64,000 nt of DNA, from positions 394,444,001-394,508,000 of the forward strand of contig NW_027362764.1 of NCBI RefSeq assembly GCF_046119375.1. Direction: 5' to 3'. Positions 24,190 through 37,276 of the stretch are shown here, one piece after another; the first letter of the stretch is position 1, and every line of letters starts with the position of its first letter. The translations under genes were made by a program, and so were the position numbers. A model generated the notes under the pieces. It was not told where the DNA came from. It did no database searches and saw only the letters and a program-made list of their open reading frames with translations. Origin of the DNA: Phyllobates terribilis (Eukaryota).

Positions 24190-24665
24190 AGGGAACCTGT
24201 CGCCAGCAAAAAACACGATTAACCTGCAGATATGAGGTTAATATGCGGGTTAATACCGTTACTACCGTGCTTGGTTCCCATAGGTAGGAGAACACTGCGG
24301 TCAGAAAATGTACTTTATCCCCCCAGTAGCGTTTGGGTTTCAATCATCGCTTTGAGAATACAGAGCAGCGGCTATAGCCACACTGCTGGCACTGACAGAC
24401 AGCCAGCCCCAGTGCAGAGAGAGTGTCAGTCAGTGCCTGGGGGAGCGGTTACAGCAGCTGCTCTCTACACTCGGAGCCGTGACTGAACCAGCGCTGGCGC
24501 CGCCCCTGTGACTAGAACTGGAACTCTGCCAGGGGGATTGAAGATCATTTTCTCTCTGCAGCATTCTGCTAAGTGTGGGCACTGGGCAGGTTAGCAACGC
24601 TATTAACATGCAGATTAACCCCATATCTGCAGGTTAATAGCGTTTTTTCTGGTGACAGGTTCCTG
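24190..24665. mobile_element. T2/Kolobok-type MITE
   Basis: TTAA|AGGGAACCTGTC ... GACAGGTTCCTG|TTAA, with mirrored TTAACCTGCAGATATG(A/G)GGTTAA subterminal motifs. Confidence 0.75.
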
Positions 24666-26569
24666 TTAAGTAGATTGTCGATAGTAAGGTTTGGTCCTCC
24701 GGATTGTGGCATCCCTTTAAATACTTCTTTCCTCTGGATAATATATGAGGGCCTGAACAAGACAGTATCAAATATTATCTACACGTTTTCTAATAGAAAA
24801 TGTCCCTATAGATCTGTATCTGGGATCATTAGATACTCTGTCAGTTACCACATGGTGTCTTCATGAGGTCATGAGGGAATATATACTCTTACAGGCAGAA
24901 TGCTTATACTCCTATGGTAAACTACAATTAAACTTTTAATATCTATGTTAATGAGGCAATTATGATTAATCCAAGTGATTTCAGATGTGAAGATATGTTA
25001 AGTATTGAAGAGTGCTACTGACAAATGTTTGTATTATTATTGTGCACATATTTATAAACGACATAATACATATGTCATGTACAGTATGTGGTTTGTTATT
25101 TACATACTGTATGTATAAATCCTTGTTTTATATCTGTACTACATAGCCACTGGTGTGATGAGTGAGCTATATGCCACATATGGTGTTTTTCCATTGCTAG
25201 GAGTGTGCCGTAGTAATGCTCAGCTTTGCCTTGTGCTGCATTTCTGAACACCTTTCTGACATCTATAAAAGAATGTGATTTAGAGATGTAGAAATCTACA
25301 CCAGATCCATTGCTTTTACTTAAATCCACAAGCCTTTAATGTGAGGATCACATCTCCCCCTGCCATAGAATCCTCCTCTCCAGTAATTGCCTGTCTGCAT
25401 TGTTTGCAGATTGGATTATGACAGGAGTGTGATATCCTGGTACATCACAAGACTTCTTTAAGGAATTCCATTGTTGAAAGAACAAGTGACATGGGAGGAG
25501 TACATGCTGGATACAATATAATAATGATTTTGCTCCCTCTTTTGTTTCAACACTAGAATCAATTGCATCTCCTACTGTCAATTGTGTGTCCTCCCCATCT
25601 ATATCATGCAGTGGCTGCCTTCTTTTTTTTCTATGGCACATAGGCATTGAACAGTTTACAGATCTGGAATTTACTTCTTAGCCTGTTAGTGCCTAGATAA
25701 GAATCTACACATTTAAGCTGCTCAGAAACATTTGTTTCTTTTTTATTTGGTCACATAACTCTCATCACTGGTTCATTTTTCTCACTGTAACTAACGAAGA
25801 TAGAATTGTCCTTTATGGCCATGACATATCAATTACTTTCAGGGAGCAATCCTGTAGTGCTTTCGTGTAAGGTAAAACAAATGTAACTTATCCAAAGCAT
25901 TAAGATATAAGTAGTGTTGATCGAGCACTAAAATGCTCGGGTGCTCGAAGCTCGGGCCGAGCTCGCCGTGATACTCGGGTGCTCGACCCGAGCAACGAGC
26001 CCAATGTTAGTCTATGGGAGACCGGAGCATTTTTGCGGTAGCACCCCCGGCAGTCTTTTAAAAGCCTAACAAGTGCCCAAAACGATAGTGACAGTGCTCA
26101 AATGACATGGGGACAGCATGGGGATCGCCCCAGGAAGCATTTCTGACCCCCAGGTCACTGCTGTCAACAACGTGGTCAGAGGTATTAAGCCACTTTTACG
26201 GGCTCACAATAAAACGTTCAAAAACGAAACTGAAACTTTTTTCCTGTGAAATATGTTAAGGAATTTCTTTTCCAGGGTAAAGACTTGTGTATAAGGTAAA
26301 ATAAATAACCAAAAACAAAAATACTCCTCCACACCTTGGGCTATGTTCACAAGTAGCATTTTTTATGTGTTTTTGCACTTTTGTATTGCTTTCAACTGTG
26401 ACAAATGCATTCACCGGGAAATGTCATTTTAACATTTTACAACCTTATCTGGCCATGTGCTGTGTGACACATGCATAAAGTGCTAAAAAGACATGGGAAC
26501 AGCATGGGGAAAACCCCTGGAAGCATCTCTGACACCCAGGTCACTGTCTAAAAGTGTGCCCATCATAAG

Positions 26570-28000
26570 TGATCCTTGTCGCATCAAAAGATGCAGACTT
26601 GCAACTATCCCCATGCAAGTTCTAGTCCCAGGGCAGTGTTCAATTGTACCTCTCCCATTCCTTGCAATACAAGCGCAAGTATGCAACCTGCCACCCACCC
26701 ACCCCCAGGCTGCAATACTATACTGCTTGCTTGTTTGCACTTGAAATTGGGCCTTTTAGGCAGGTGGAGGCGGAATCTGCCCACCACGTCATGGCTGCGT
26801 TGGCGGCTTGGAATCCATACTCAGTCCCCAGCCGCCCGGCGGCCGGGTGTCCATGCTCGGTCCCCAGCCGCCCCACGGCCGGGTGTCCACACACGGTTCC
26901 CAGCCGCCTGGGGCAGCCGGGTGTCCATAAACGGTCCCCAGCCGCCCCTATTTCTCCTTGGAACATCCCCCCACACACTTTTCTTAGCCTGGCCTGCTTT
27001 AGGGCAGCATTGGATGAGCCCACCAGAGAACCAGACTCCTCCGGTGGGCCCTGGCTTCTCCATCAGGGGAGTTGATAGTGCCAAGATGAGGAGCATGATG
27101 ATGATGACAGAAGTTAGCATCTGCTTTGTTTTCTTTTAATGCAAGTGTAAGTGTGCAGTCTGCCACCCACCCACCCGCAGACTGCAATGCCATACTGCTA
27201 GGTTGCTCTTGAAATGGGGCCTTTTAGTTTGGAGGAGGCCGAAGCTGGCCACTATCTCATGGCTGCTTCGGCAGTGAGGTATTCATACTCAGTCCCCAGC
27301 CACCCCTATTTGTCCTGGTGTGCCTTATACATAAGATTAAGCGCATATACCAAAACATTACCTGTGCCCTCCCCAGTGCATTTAGCGGGAAGGAGAGCCT
27401 ATTCCGCTGTAGTGTGTGCATGCCAAACCCCTGTTCATGGTACATGCGAAGATGCCTCCCACCCTGCACCTGTCATTGCAGACTTGCAACTATCCCCGTG
27501 CAAGTCCTTGTCCCAGGGCAGTGTTCAATTGTACCTCTCCCATTCCTTGCAATGCAAGCGCAAGTATGCAGCCTGCCACCCACCCACCACCAGGCTGCAA
27601 TACTATACTGCTTGCTTGCTTGCACTTTAAATTGGGACTTTTAGGCATGTGGAGGTGGAATCTGGCCACCACGCCATGGCTGCGTCGGCGGACTGGTATC
27701 CATACTCAGTCCCCAGCTGCCCGGTGGCCGGATGTCCCTGCTTGCTCCCCAGCCTCCAGGGGGCGGCTGGGTGTCCATACTCGGTCCCCAGCCACCCCTA
27801 TTTGTCCCGGTAACCTTTCCCACACTTTTCTTAGCCTGGCCTGCTTTAAGGCTGCATTTGCCGAGCCCACCAGAGAACCAGACTCCTCCGGTGGGCCCTG
27901 GCTTCTCCATCAGGGGAGTTGAGAGTGCCAAGGTGAGGAGCATGATGAGGATGATAGAAGTTAACATCTGCTTTGTTTTGTTGGAATGCAAGCGCATGTA
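26570..28000 (+). pseudogene. Tandemly duplicated degenerate hAT transposase fragments, antisense to element A's main ORF
   Basis: Plus-strand SVQLYLSHSLQYKRKYA...LFALEIGPFRQVEAES...YSVPSR matches the main ORF segment SVQLSISQTFERKRKFA...LLALEMLPFRLVETES...YSVPSR. Copies at about 26580, 27130 (partial) and 27380. Confidence 0.85.
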
Positions 28001-28427
28001 TGTAGTAGCGGCTAGGCCTGAGGTGGTCAGCATTTTGGCGCATATCCTACCTCCTCCGAGGATTGCTGGATGCTTTCCTGCTACTATCAAAGTTCTATGA
28101 TTCCCGTTAAAACAAAGCTTCAGGTGATAAATGATGGATGAGGTAGTGGCAAAGGAGAAAGAGCAGGAGGAACAGGGACCATTCACATCAATATCAGGCC
28201 AGTCAACCAGATATGTCTTGTAGGATATGTTTCTGTAACAAAAGGAGTGGTTCGGCTACGCAGTTATAGGACATACAGTGAGTGCAATGCCTACCAAAAA
28301 TTTCGAGGCACTCCAATGCCCCTTGGAAATGACATGGAGGTCAGAGGGCCTTAACTAAACCTTTTTTTCCATTTATAGCAACTGGGTCTCCTGTGCACTG
28401 TTGGCCTAAGCAGTGAATGGAAGGCTT

Positions 28428-28850
28428 TCCAAAAATTTTGAGGAACTGCAATGGCCCTTATAAGAGCCATGCAGTACAGCATATTACAAACATAAGTCCC
28501 ATTATTGGGAAGTGGGTCTCCCATAGGATTTGCTTATGCCTTCCAAGCAAAAGCTTCCAAAAATTAGGACGGAGCAACTTGCAATGCCCCTTACAAGAGC
28601 TATGCAGTACAGCATATTACAAACATAAGTCCCATTATTGGGGAGTGCGTCTCCCATAGGATTTGCTTATGCCTTCCAAGCAAAAGCTTCCAAAAATTAG
28701 GACGGAGCAACTTGCAATACCCCTTACAAGAGCCATGCAGTACAGCATATTACAAACATAAGTCCCATTATTGGGGAGTGGGTCTCCCACAGTCTTTGCT
28801 TATGCCTTCCAAGCAAAAGCTGACAAAAATAAGGACGGAGGAACTTGCAA
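28428..28850. repeat. 133-bp tandem repeat, ~3 copies, downstream of the transposase stop
   Basis: GCAGTACAGCATATTACAAAC recurs at 28471, 28604 and 28737. Confidence 0.9.
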
Positions 28851-28998
28851 TGCTGGCACGCTGGTGGTATAGTGGTGGTGGAGGCTGAGGATAAGGAGAA
28901 GAACATAAAACAGCCGAAATGAGGAAGCATATACCCATGTGTGGGTGTGAAGCGGTGCATGTGAATACACCTCCCGAAATAACACAGTGGATTTGACT

Positions 28999-31900
28999 TT
29001 ATGTTACTCTGCTGTCATTTGGTGGTGATGAGAAGTCTGGCCCAATCCAGCCCTTGTTCATTTTGATAAGGGTCAGCTTGTCAGCATTGTCAGTTGACAG
29101 GCGAGTGCGCTTATCAGTTATAATTCCCCCAGCGGCACTAAAAACACGCTCTGATAACACGCTAGCGGCAGGGCAGGCCAGGACCTCCAAGGCGTACAGA
29201 GCGAGTTCATTCCAAGTGTCCAGCTTGGATACCCAATAATTAAAAGGCACAGAGGAATCAAGGAGGACGCTGGTATGGTCGGCAAGGTACTCCCTCACCA
29301 TCTTTTGAAACTTTCCACTCCTTGTGAGAGTACCCCGCGCCTCAGGGCCTGTAAGCTGGGCGGGTGTCAGAAATCTGTCCCAGAATGTTGACAGTGTTCC
29401 CCTGCCTCTGCTGGATTGGAGTTGCATCTCTCTCGCCTGTACGCCTTGGTTGGGCAGCGAACTGTGACCTCTGCCGCTAGCGTGTTCAGATGGGAAATTT
29501 TAAGAGTTCTGCAGCAAGGGCCTTCTGGTACTGCCCCATTTTTGTAGACCTCTCCACCTCAGGAATAAGAGAGTGAAAGTTCTCCTTGCAGCGGTGGTCT
29601 AAAGGTGTCACCAACCAGTAATGACTGTCACCCAACATTTTGACAACGCGAGGGTCACGGTTAAGGCAGCGTAACATAAAGTCAGCCATGCGTGCCAGAC
29701 TGGTAACGGGCAAGATTTCCGTGTCCTCACCAAGATGACGACTGACCATGCTCTCCTCCTCCTCCTCCTCCCCCCTGTCCCCAGGCCACCCACGCTGAAC
29801 CGACGGTATGACACTTGAACAGGTACTACCATCTACAGCGCATGATAGCAGCTCCTGTTCTTCCTCCTCCTCCTCCTCGCCATCCTCTCCCTCATTGTCC
29901 CCCAATGCACATTGGGATGAGATGAGGCTGGGCTGCGTGTAATCGCCCACTATGGCTTCTTGATCCATCTCATCATACTCTGGCTGCAATGCCTCCTCTT
30001 TAATTCTCTGCAGAGAGCGTTGCAAAAGACAGACAAGTGGGATGCTGACACTAATGATGGCGTCATCGCCACTCACCATCTTGGTGGCTTCCTCAAAGTT
30101 TGTCAGGATGGTACACATGTCAGACATGTGTGGAGTCTGACCTGAATATTGATGGCCTTGTTGCATCTGGTACTCCACAACTGCTCTCTTCTGCTCACAA
30201 ATCCTTTGCAACATGTGGAGGGTAGAGTTCCAACGTGTGGGGACATCACACACCAGTCGGTGTGCCGGAAGCTGCAAACGCTGCTGCAACACAGCAAGGG
30301 CGGCGTAAGCTGTAGCCGACTTGCGAAAATGAGCTGACAGGCAGAGTACTTTCACGAGCAGATCTGGGAACTCGGGGTACGATTTAAGAAACTGCTGAAC
30401 CACGAGGTTAAACACATGAGCCAGGCATGGTACGTGTGTGATCTCACCTCGCCTCAGAGCCGCCACCAGGTTACTGCCATTGTCACACACGACCATGCCG
30501 GGATGTAGGTTCAGCGGTCTCAGCCACAGATCTGCCTGCTCTATCACAGCTGTCCACAACTCACAAGCAGTGTGAGGTTTATCACCTAAGCTTATGAGTT
30601 TCAGCACAGCCTGTTGCAGTGCTTCCAGCTTGTAACTGATGTGGTGATATCTGAGATGGAGGCTGAACATGAGGAGGAGGAGGAGGATGATGCACAGGAG
30701 CTATACACTGTGGGGGCAACTATGACTGACATAGGGCCCGCAATCCTCGGTGTGGGGAGGACGTGTTCCGTCCCAAGGTCCGACTGGGTCCCGGCTTCCA
30801 CTATGTTTACCCAGTGTGCCGTCAGAGAGATGTACTGTCCCTGGCCACAAGCACTTGTCCACGTGTCCGTTGTCAGGTGGACTCTCCCAGTAACTGCGTT
30901 GTTGAGGGCACGGCAGATGCTTTGGGACACGTGCTTGTGTAGTACGGGGATGGCACACCGGGCAAAATAGTGTCGGCTGGGGACCGAGTACCGAGGGACG
31001 GCCACCGCCATAAGATTGCGGAAGGATTCCGTCTCCACCAGCCTAAAAGGCAGCATTTCCAACGCAAGCAGTCGTGAAATGTGCGAATTTAGGACTGTGG
31101 CCTGTGGGGCGTTAGCTGCGAATTTCCGCTTTCGTTCAAAGGTCTGGGATATGGACAATTGAACGCTGCGGTGGGACGTGGATGTGGACGTTGATGCTGT
31201 TTCTTGAGAAACTGCCATAACAAATGAAGAGTGAGGAGGGTGCATCTTTACATGCAGTATGGACAGGGGATTGCCTTGCACACACAACACGGGGTTCTAT
31301 TGCACGCACAACAGTGGAAGAAGGAGTGGTGACACCCACTGACACTGGTCGTGGACCCTGGGTTTCGCCCCACAAAGTCGGGTGCTTTGCTGCCATGTGC
31401 CTGATCATGCTGGTGGTGGTCAGGCTGGTAGTTTTGTCACCCCTGCTGATGCTGGCATGGCAGGTGGAACATATGGCCTTTTTGGGGTTATCAGCAGAGT
31501 CTTTAAAAAAATTCCAGACTCTGGAAGACCTACCGCTTGTACTGGCAATGTCCCTCGTGTTGGTGTTACGGGGAACGGTTGCCCACCTTCTGTCTGCGGC
31601 CACCACACTGCTTCTTCCTGCCTGTTGGGGTACTCTGCCTCCCTCCCCCTGGGTGCTGCTGGCCTCACTCTGCATGTCCTCCTGCCATGTTGGGTCAGTT
31701 ACTAGATCATCCACCACCTCCTCCTCTTCCACTTGCGCACCACGATGCTCCTCCTCACTTCCTGACAATTGTGTCTCGTCATCGTCCACCTCTTGTGACA
31801 AATTGCCAGCGTCGACTTCCTGTGGCCGTGGCTGTTCAAATATTTGGGCATCTCTACATGGGATCTCCTCTTCCACCACTTCAAGCGTATCAGGCGAGGG

Positions 31901-32311
31901 GCACAAATATGGAAATGGACCAGTGAACAGCTCTTCAGAGTGTCCAAGTGTGGGATCAATTTCTGTCTGACGACAATCGGCATGGTGGGAGGAAGGAGCA
32001 TCAGGGTGAGGAGGAGTATGCGGTCGAGACTCACGGCTACTAAGAGTTGACCGTGTGGAAGACAGACCGGAGGTGGTGGTGCCCAGGTAACTGGAAGTAT
32101 TATCTGCTATCCAATTAATAACCTGTTCACACTGATCAGTTCTCAATACTGGTGTTGTTCTGTGCTTCCCTAGTAATTCGGTGAAGAAGTGGGAGCGAGA
32201 AGATGTGGCTGTTGGTTGTGGCGAATTTTCACCTTGGCCACGGCCCCGTCCTCTGCACGAACAATCACCAGAACGTCCACTTCCACGTCCCTTGCCACGC
32301 GCCTTGCCCAT
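28999..32311 (-). pseudogene. hAT (ZBED-like) transposase of element A, frameshifted into four ORF pieces
   Basis: BED finger (VWNFF..C..C..RHMAAKH), TTDTWTS, CDNGSN, CLAHVFNL, DVPTRWNS and the dimerisation motif CPAASVLSERVFSAAG. ORFs 31136-32311, 30601-31290, 29486-30670 and 28999-29427. Confidence 0.92.
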
Positions 32312-32379
32312 TGTAAAGGAAGTAAAATAGCTTACACTTGCACTATCAATGGAAAAAGGGTAATAAAAAGTAGATTAGA

Positions 32380-34250
32380 ACCGTGGAAGAGGAAAACCAC
32401 AGTTCCATTTCTCTGGCCTACACCCGACTCTTTTAAACAATCTGAACAATCAGGGAGAAACTATTACTGTTTTTCTTTACGTAAAAAATAACAAAACCTG
32501 AATAATAGAGGTTTTTTACCGTGGGATGGCAAAACCACAATTATTGTTTACTGGGGTATACCAGACTTTTTTAAATATATAGATTTGCGGCTGAACAGTG
32601 AGCGACACACTCAAACTGGTTTTTTTTTAGATACCAAAGGCCTAAAACTGGATAGTGCAGAGATTTGACCCGTGGAACTGCAAAACCACATTGGGATTTG
32701 TCGAGCCTACACCAGACTATTTTCAACAGATATATTTTTGTGTCACAACAGTCAGGAGACACTACTGTTTTTCTTTACGGAAAATATACCAAAATCTGAA
32801 TAATAGAGATTTTTTACCGTGGGATGGCAAAACCACAGTTATTGTTTACTGGAGTATACCAGACTTTTTTAAATATATAGATTTGCGGATGAACAGTGAG
32901 CGACACACTCAAACTGAGGTTTTTTAGATACCAAAGGCCCAAAACTGGATAGTACAGAGATTTGACCCGTGGAACTGCAAAACCACACTGGGATTTGTCG
33001 GGCCTACACCAGACTATTTTAAACAGATATATTTTTGTGTCACAACAGTCAGGAGACACTACTGTTTTTCTTTACGGAAAATATACCAAAACCTGAATAA
33101 TAGAGATTTTTTACCGTGGGGTGGCAAAATCATAGTTATTGTTTTCTGGGGCATACCAGACTTTTTTAAATATATAGATTTGCGGCTGAACAGTGAGCGA
33201 CACACTCAAACTGTTTTTTTTTTAGATACCAAAGGCCCAAAACTGGATAGTACAGAGATTTGACCCGTGGAACTGCAAAACCACACTGGGATTTGTCGAG
33301 CCTACACCAGACTATTTTCAACAGATATATTTTTGTGTCACAACAGTCAGGAGACACTACTGTTTTTCTTTATGGAAAATATACCAAAACCTGAATAATA
33401 GAGATTTTTTACCGTGGGATGGCAAAACCACAGTTATTGTTTACTGGAGTATACCAGACTTTTTTAAATATATAGATTTGCGGATGAACAGTGAGCGACA
33501 CACTCATACTGAGTTTTTTTAGATACCAAAGGCCCAAAACTGGATAGTACAGAGATTTGACCCGTGAAACTGCAAAACCACACTGGGATTTGTCGAGCCT
33601 ACACCAGACTATTTTCAACAGATATATTTTTGTGTCACAACAGTCAGGAGACACTACTGTTTTTCTTTACGGAAAATATACCAAAACCTGAATAATAGAG
33701 ATGTTTTACCGTGGGATGGCAAAACCACAGTTATTGTTTACTGGGGTATACCAGACTTTTTTAAATATATAGATTTGCGGCTGAACAGTGAGCAACACAC
33801 TCAAACTGTTTTTTTTTTAGATACCAAAGGCACAAAACTGGATAGTACAGAGATTTGACCCGTGGAACTGCAAAACCACACTGGGATTTGTCGAGCCTAC
33901 ACCAGACTATTTTCAACAGATATATTTTTGTGTCACAACAGTCAGGAGACACTACTGTTTTTCTTTACGGAAAATATACCAAAACGTGAATAATAGAGAT
34001 TTTTTACCGTGGGATGGCAAAACCACAGTTATTGTTTACTGGGGTATACCAGACTTTTTTAAATAGATATATTTGCGGCTGAACAGTGAGCGACACACTC
34101 AAACTGTTTTTTTTTAGATACAAATGGCCCAAAAGTGGATAATACAGAGGTTTGAACCGTGGAAGTGCAAAACAACACTTCTGTTTCTCTAGCCTACACC
34201 TGACTATTTTCAACAGATATATTTGTGTCTGAAAAATCAGAGACACGCTT
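32380..34250. repeat. Satellite array inside hAT-A: 297/298-bp units forming a 595-bp higher-order repeat
   Basis: GTCAGGAGAC at 32751, 33048, 33346, 33643 and 33941. Alternating variants (GCGGCTGAAC / GCGGATGAAC). ORF-track copies recur every 595 bp. Confidence 0.93.
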
Positions 34251-35554
34251 TTTTATTTTGGGGGGGGTGCACCAAAAGGTTAATAAGACGGGTATTTGTA
34301 CAGTGTGAAGGAGGATAAAAAAAAGAGGATTTAGATGAAAAAAAAAAAGGATTTTTCCTGTCCCCTGAGACCTGGAGCTAAGTCCAGCAATTTCAGCAAC
34401 AGGAGCAGCACACAGGACTGTAATGCAGCGTTTGCTGGTATTACCACTGCGTCTCCTATACAGCCTGCCTGTCTGATATCTGGGAAGGATATTAGTCCTA
34501 AGTAGGACTGTTTGTTTGATCTGGCAGCCTTTACAGACCCTACACTAACTATTTTGCAGTTTATATCTCTCCCTAAATCAGCAGCGCTGTCCCTACACTG
34601 TCTGATCCGGAGCGACTGTGTCCAAGATGGCGGCGCCCAGATTTAAATACTAGAGGTGATGCTGTGAGGCCAGATAATCACTGTAATGCCCATAACCAAC
34701 ATGGCTGCGGCATTACAGTGACTGGCTGGCAATCCCTGCATGTTCATTGGCTCTGTAAAGAGCGCCAAACATGCAGGGCGGAGACCCGAGCTCCCGCCCG
34801 AGTAGCGTGATGCTCAGGCGAGTACTGAGCAGTGTCGAGCATGTTCGCTCAACACTAGATATAAGTATTGAACTAATAATTAGAGATGAGCGGTGTTCGA
34901 CTCGAACTGTTCGCCAATCTCAAATTTGAGCTGTTTTGGGCGGTGTTCGAGCCGTTCGACGAACTGGAACGATTTGCAAAAAATCCGGCTGTTCGAGGTT
35001 ATGTTCGATAACTGTTCGTGCACCAAAATTGTAGCTGGATTTTTTCACAGTAATACTGTTAATCAATGTTACTAGACAGTTTCAGTGTAGAGTGGGTGGG
35101 GGAGGGGCAGGGGATGGATCTCTGCAGAAATAATGCCGATCTCCATTTTTTTTTCTTTCCTGCATTTACAGTGGGGAGGTGCAGTCTTTCAGGCTATCAG
35201 CAGCGCACACACAGAGCTAAGTGCTTTTTTTCACACAAGCAAGGGCATGTGTCATTGGCTGTGTATGTCACATGTCCTTGCCCTATAAGACCCAGCCATT
35301 TTCCCCATCGCCACCATTTTCTCACTGCTGCAGCTGAGTGTTAGACGGCACAGCTGCTGCTGTGGGAGCTATACTTTGTAACTGTGTGAATTGCAAGCGA
35401 ATTTGCTCTTAAATAGACAGGTTTAGGGACTAGGGATTTGTTGTAATTTCAGCCCTTTTGAGGGCTAGGTTACAGCAGTTCCTAGCACTTTTTGCCAGGC
35501 AGGTCTGTGCCAATGCTGTGCAAGTGTTTTTCACAGAATTTGGCTAAATCTAGC

Positions 35555-35950
35555 TAAGTCAATCCTTTTGGGCCTCTAGCAGTGTGTGTTAGTCTGTGGA
35601 GTAGCCTATCTGTGTTGCAAGCTACACCACCTGTCTATCTAATACCAATTTTTTTCTGCATATAGCCAAGTAAAACCTTTTGGGCATATTAGCAGTGTCT
35701 GTTACTCATTGGAGTAGCCCATCTGTACCAAGCTACACCACCTTTGTATTTAATAAATTTTTTTTACTGCATCTAGTCCAGTAAATCCTTTTGGGCCTGT
35801 AGCTGTGTCTGTTACTCATTGCAGTAGCCCATCTGTAATAAGCTACACCACCTCTGTATTTAATAACAATTCTTTACTGCATCTAGCCAATTAAAACCTT
35901 TTGGGCCTGTAGCAGTGTCTGTTACTCATTAGAGTAGCCCATCTGTACGG
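35555..35950. repeat. ~110-bp tandem repeat in hAT-B, about 4 units
   Basis: CCTTTTGGGC...AGCAGTGTCTGTTACTCATT...GTAGCCCATCTGTA recurs at about 35565, 35677, 35786 and 35898. One inverted unit at 38153-38243. Confidence 0.85.
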
Positions 35951-35989
35951 ATATGCAGCGATACTAAATAACCAATGGTGCACAAGCTT

Positions 35990-36367
35990 ATGGCCTCTAT
36001 ATTGGGCAGAACAAGTGCTGCCAAAAAAACAGACACTCTTCCCAATAGTGGTAGCAATAGAAATATGAGGCGCGCGCCTGGCTAACAAAAATATACGCTT
36101 CATAACAAAAAACACCAGCCTAGCGCACTGCATTAATAAGATGGCATCATCGTCTCTCCCAGTGCTAGGCCTACTACGCCGGCTAGCATTCCTGTGCCTA
36201 AAACACAATGTATGGGTCCGCGCTAGCCATGATGCTGAGGGGTCTAACGCTACTGCTAACGCTTTATCACAATTCAATTGGCAGATTTTCACAGAGCTCC
36301 TCCCCAACGCCCACCCATCGGGCAACAGTTGCACACCCTCCCTATGGGATCTAGTGGCGAATAGTTG
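35990..36367 (+). pseudogene. DIRS/Ngaro RNase H domain, degraded
   Basis: LFPIVVAIEI*GARLANK...INKMASSSLPVLGLLRRL..CLKHNVWVRASH...NATANALSQF. Confidence 0.75.
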
Positions 36368-37245
36368 ATGCCATTAATTAGAGCGTCAGTTGCCCCGTCG
36401 ACGTGGCAAGCATACGGTAAGGAATGGGAAGAGTGGACACGACTAGTAGCAGGCAGACGGGTTGACCAATGTGAACAAGCCAGATTTCAAGTCACCATAG
36501 AATTTCTCCACCAGCTAATGATGAGGGGCATATCTGGGGTGTCAGCGCAGCGGTGTCTGACCGGAGTAGCATTTCACTTCCAACTACTGAATTGGGGAGA
36601 TGTGACAAAGAGATTCATCATCAGACAATCCATAAAAGGGTGGAAAAGGGGTCTGCCAAGTCAAGAGTATAGACGTCCCGTCCCGTGTCACTAAAACTGA
36701 TTTCTCACATCATATCCCTAACACCATTAATATGACACTCACAATTTGAAGCAACACTACTGTCTACTGCATTTGCGATCGCCTTCTTTGGGGCGCTATG
36801 CATAAGCGAATTAGTCGCTTAATCCAAAATTACCACCAGTGGAGGCTTATTACACCAGGACGTAGTCATAGCCAATAATGCAATAAGTCTACGTATACGC
36901 AAATCGAAAACGGTTCCAGCAGGCAGGGGCACTTGGGTACTTCTACAACCCACAAACGGTACACTGAGTCGGGTAACAATAGTAAAAACATATATTAACC
37001 ATCAGATCACAAAGTAATTTCTTCCTATCACACATTGATGGAACGCCATTATCAAGATACCAGTTCCAAGCTATATTTAATAAATGCCTAACATCGGCAG
37101 GGAACCACCACAAAGATTACGGGACACACTCATTCCGCAGAGGCGCGGCCACGGAAGCAGCAAGAGCAGGACTGTCAGAAACGGAAGTTCAGAGGATAGG
37201 GAGATGGCGATCCACGTGTTTGGCAAGATACATAAGACCGTACTT
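36365..37245 (+). pseudogene. Tyrosine recombinase, frameshifted
   Basis: LIRASVAPSTWQAY; AFFGALCISELV (catalytic R apparently changed to C); RKSKT; YGTHSFRRGAATEAA (H at 37127); GRWRS...YIRP. Confidence 0.85.
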
Positions 37246-37276
37246 GTTATTCTAACGTGGTTTGTTTCTTCTACAG

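Larger units (their letters stand above)
25912..34857 (-). mobile_element. hAT element A (8946 bp)
   Basis: TIRs TAGTGTTGA.CGA / TCGCTCAACACTA; perfect 8-bp TSD GATATAAG (25904-25911, 34858-34865); minus-strand transposase; CCAAT/TATTTAAA/GCCGCCATCTT promoter-like motifs reading leftward at about 34620-34755. Confidence 0.95.

Noticed and set aside
26576-28186. Long overlapping ORFs (143-187 aa) on both strands
   Set aside because: Off-frame or partial readings of the degenerate transposase duplicates, not independent genes.
32571-34246. Repeated MSPDCCDTKIY ORFs, or a CRISPR-like array
   Set aside because: These are translations of a head-to-tail satellite. There are no unique spacers and no cas genes, and the context is eukaryotic.
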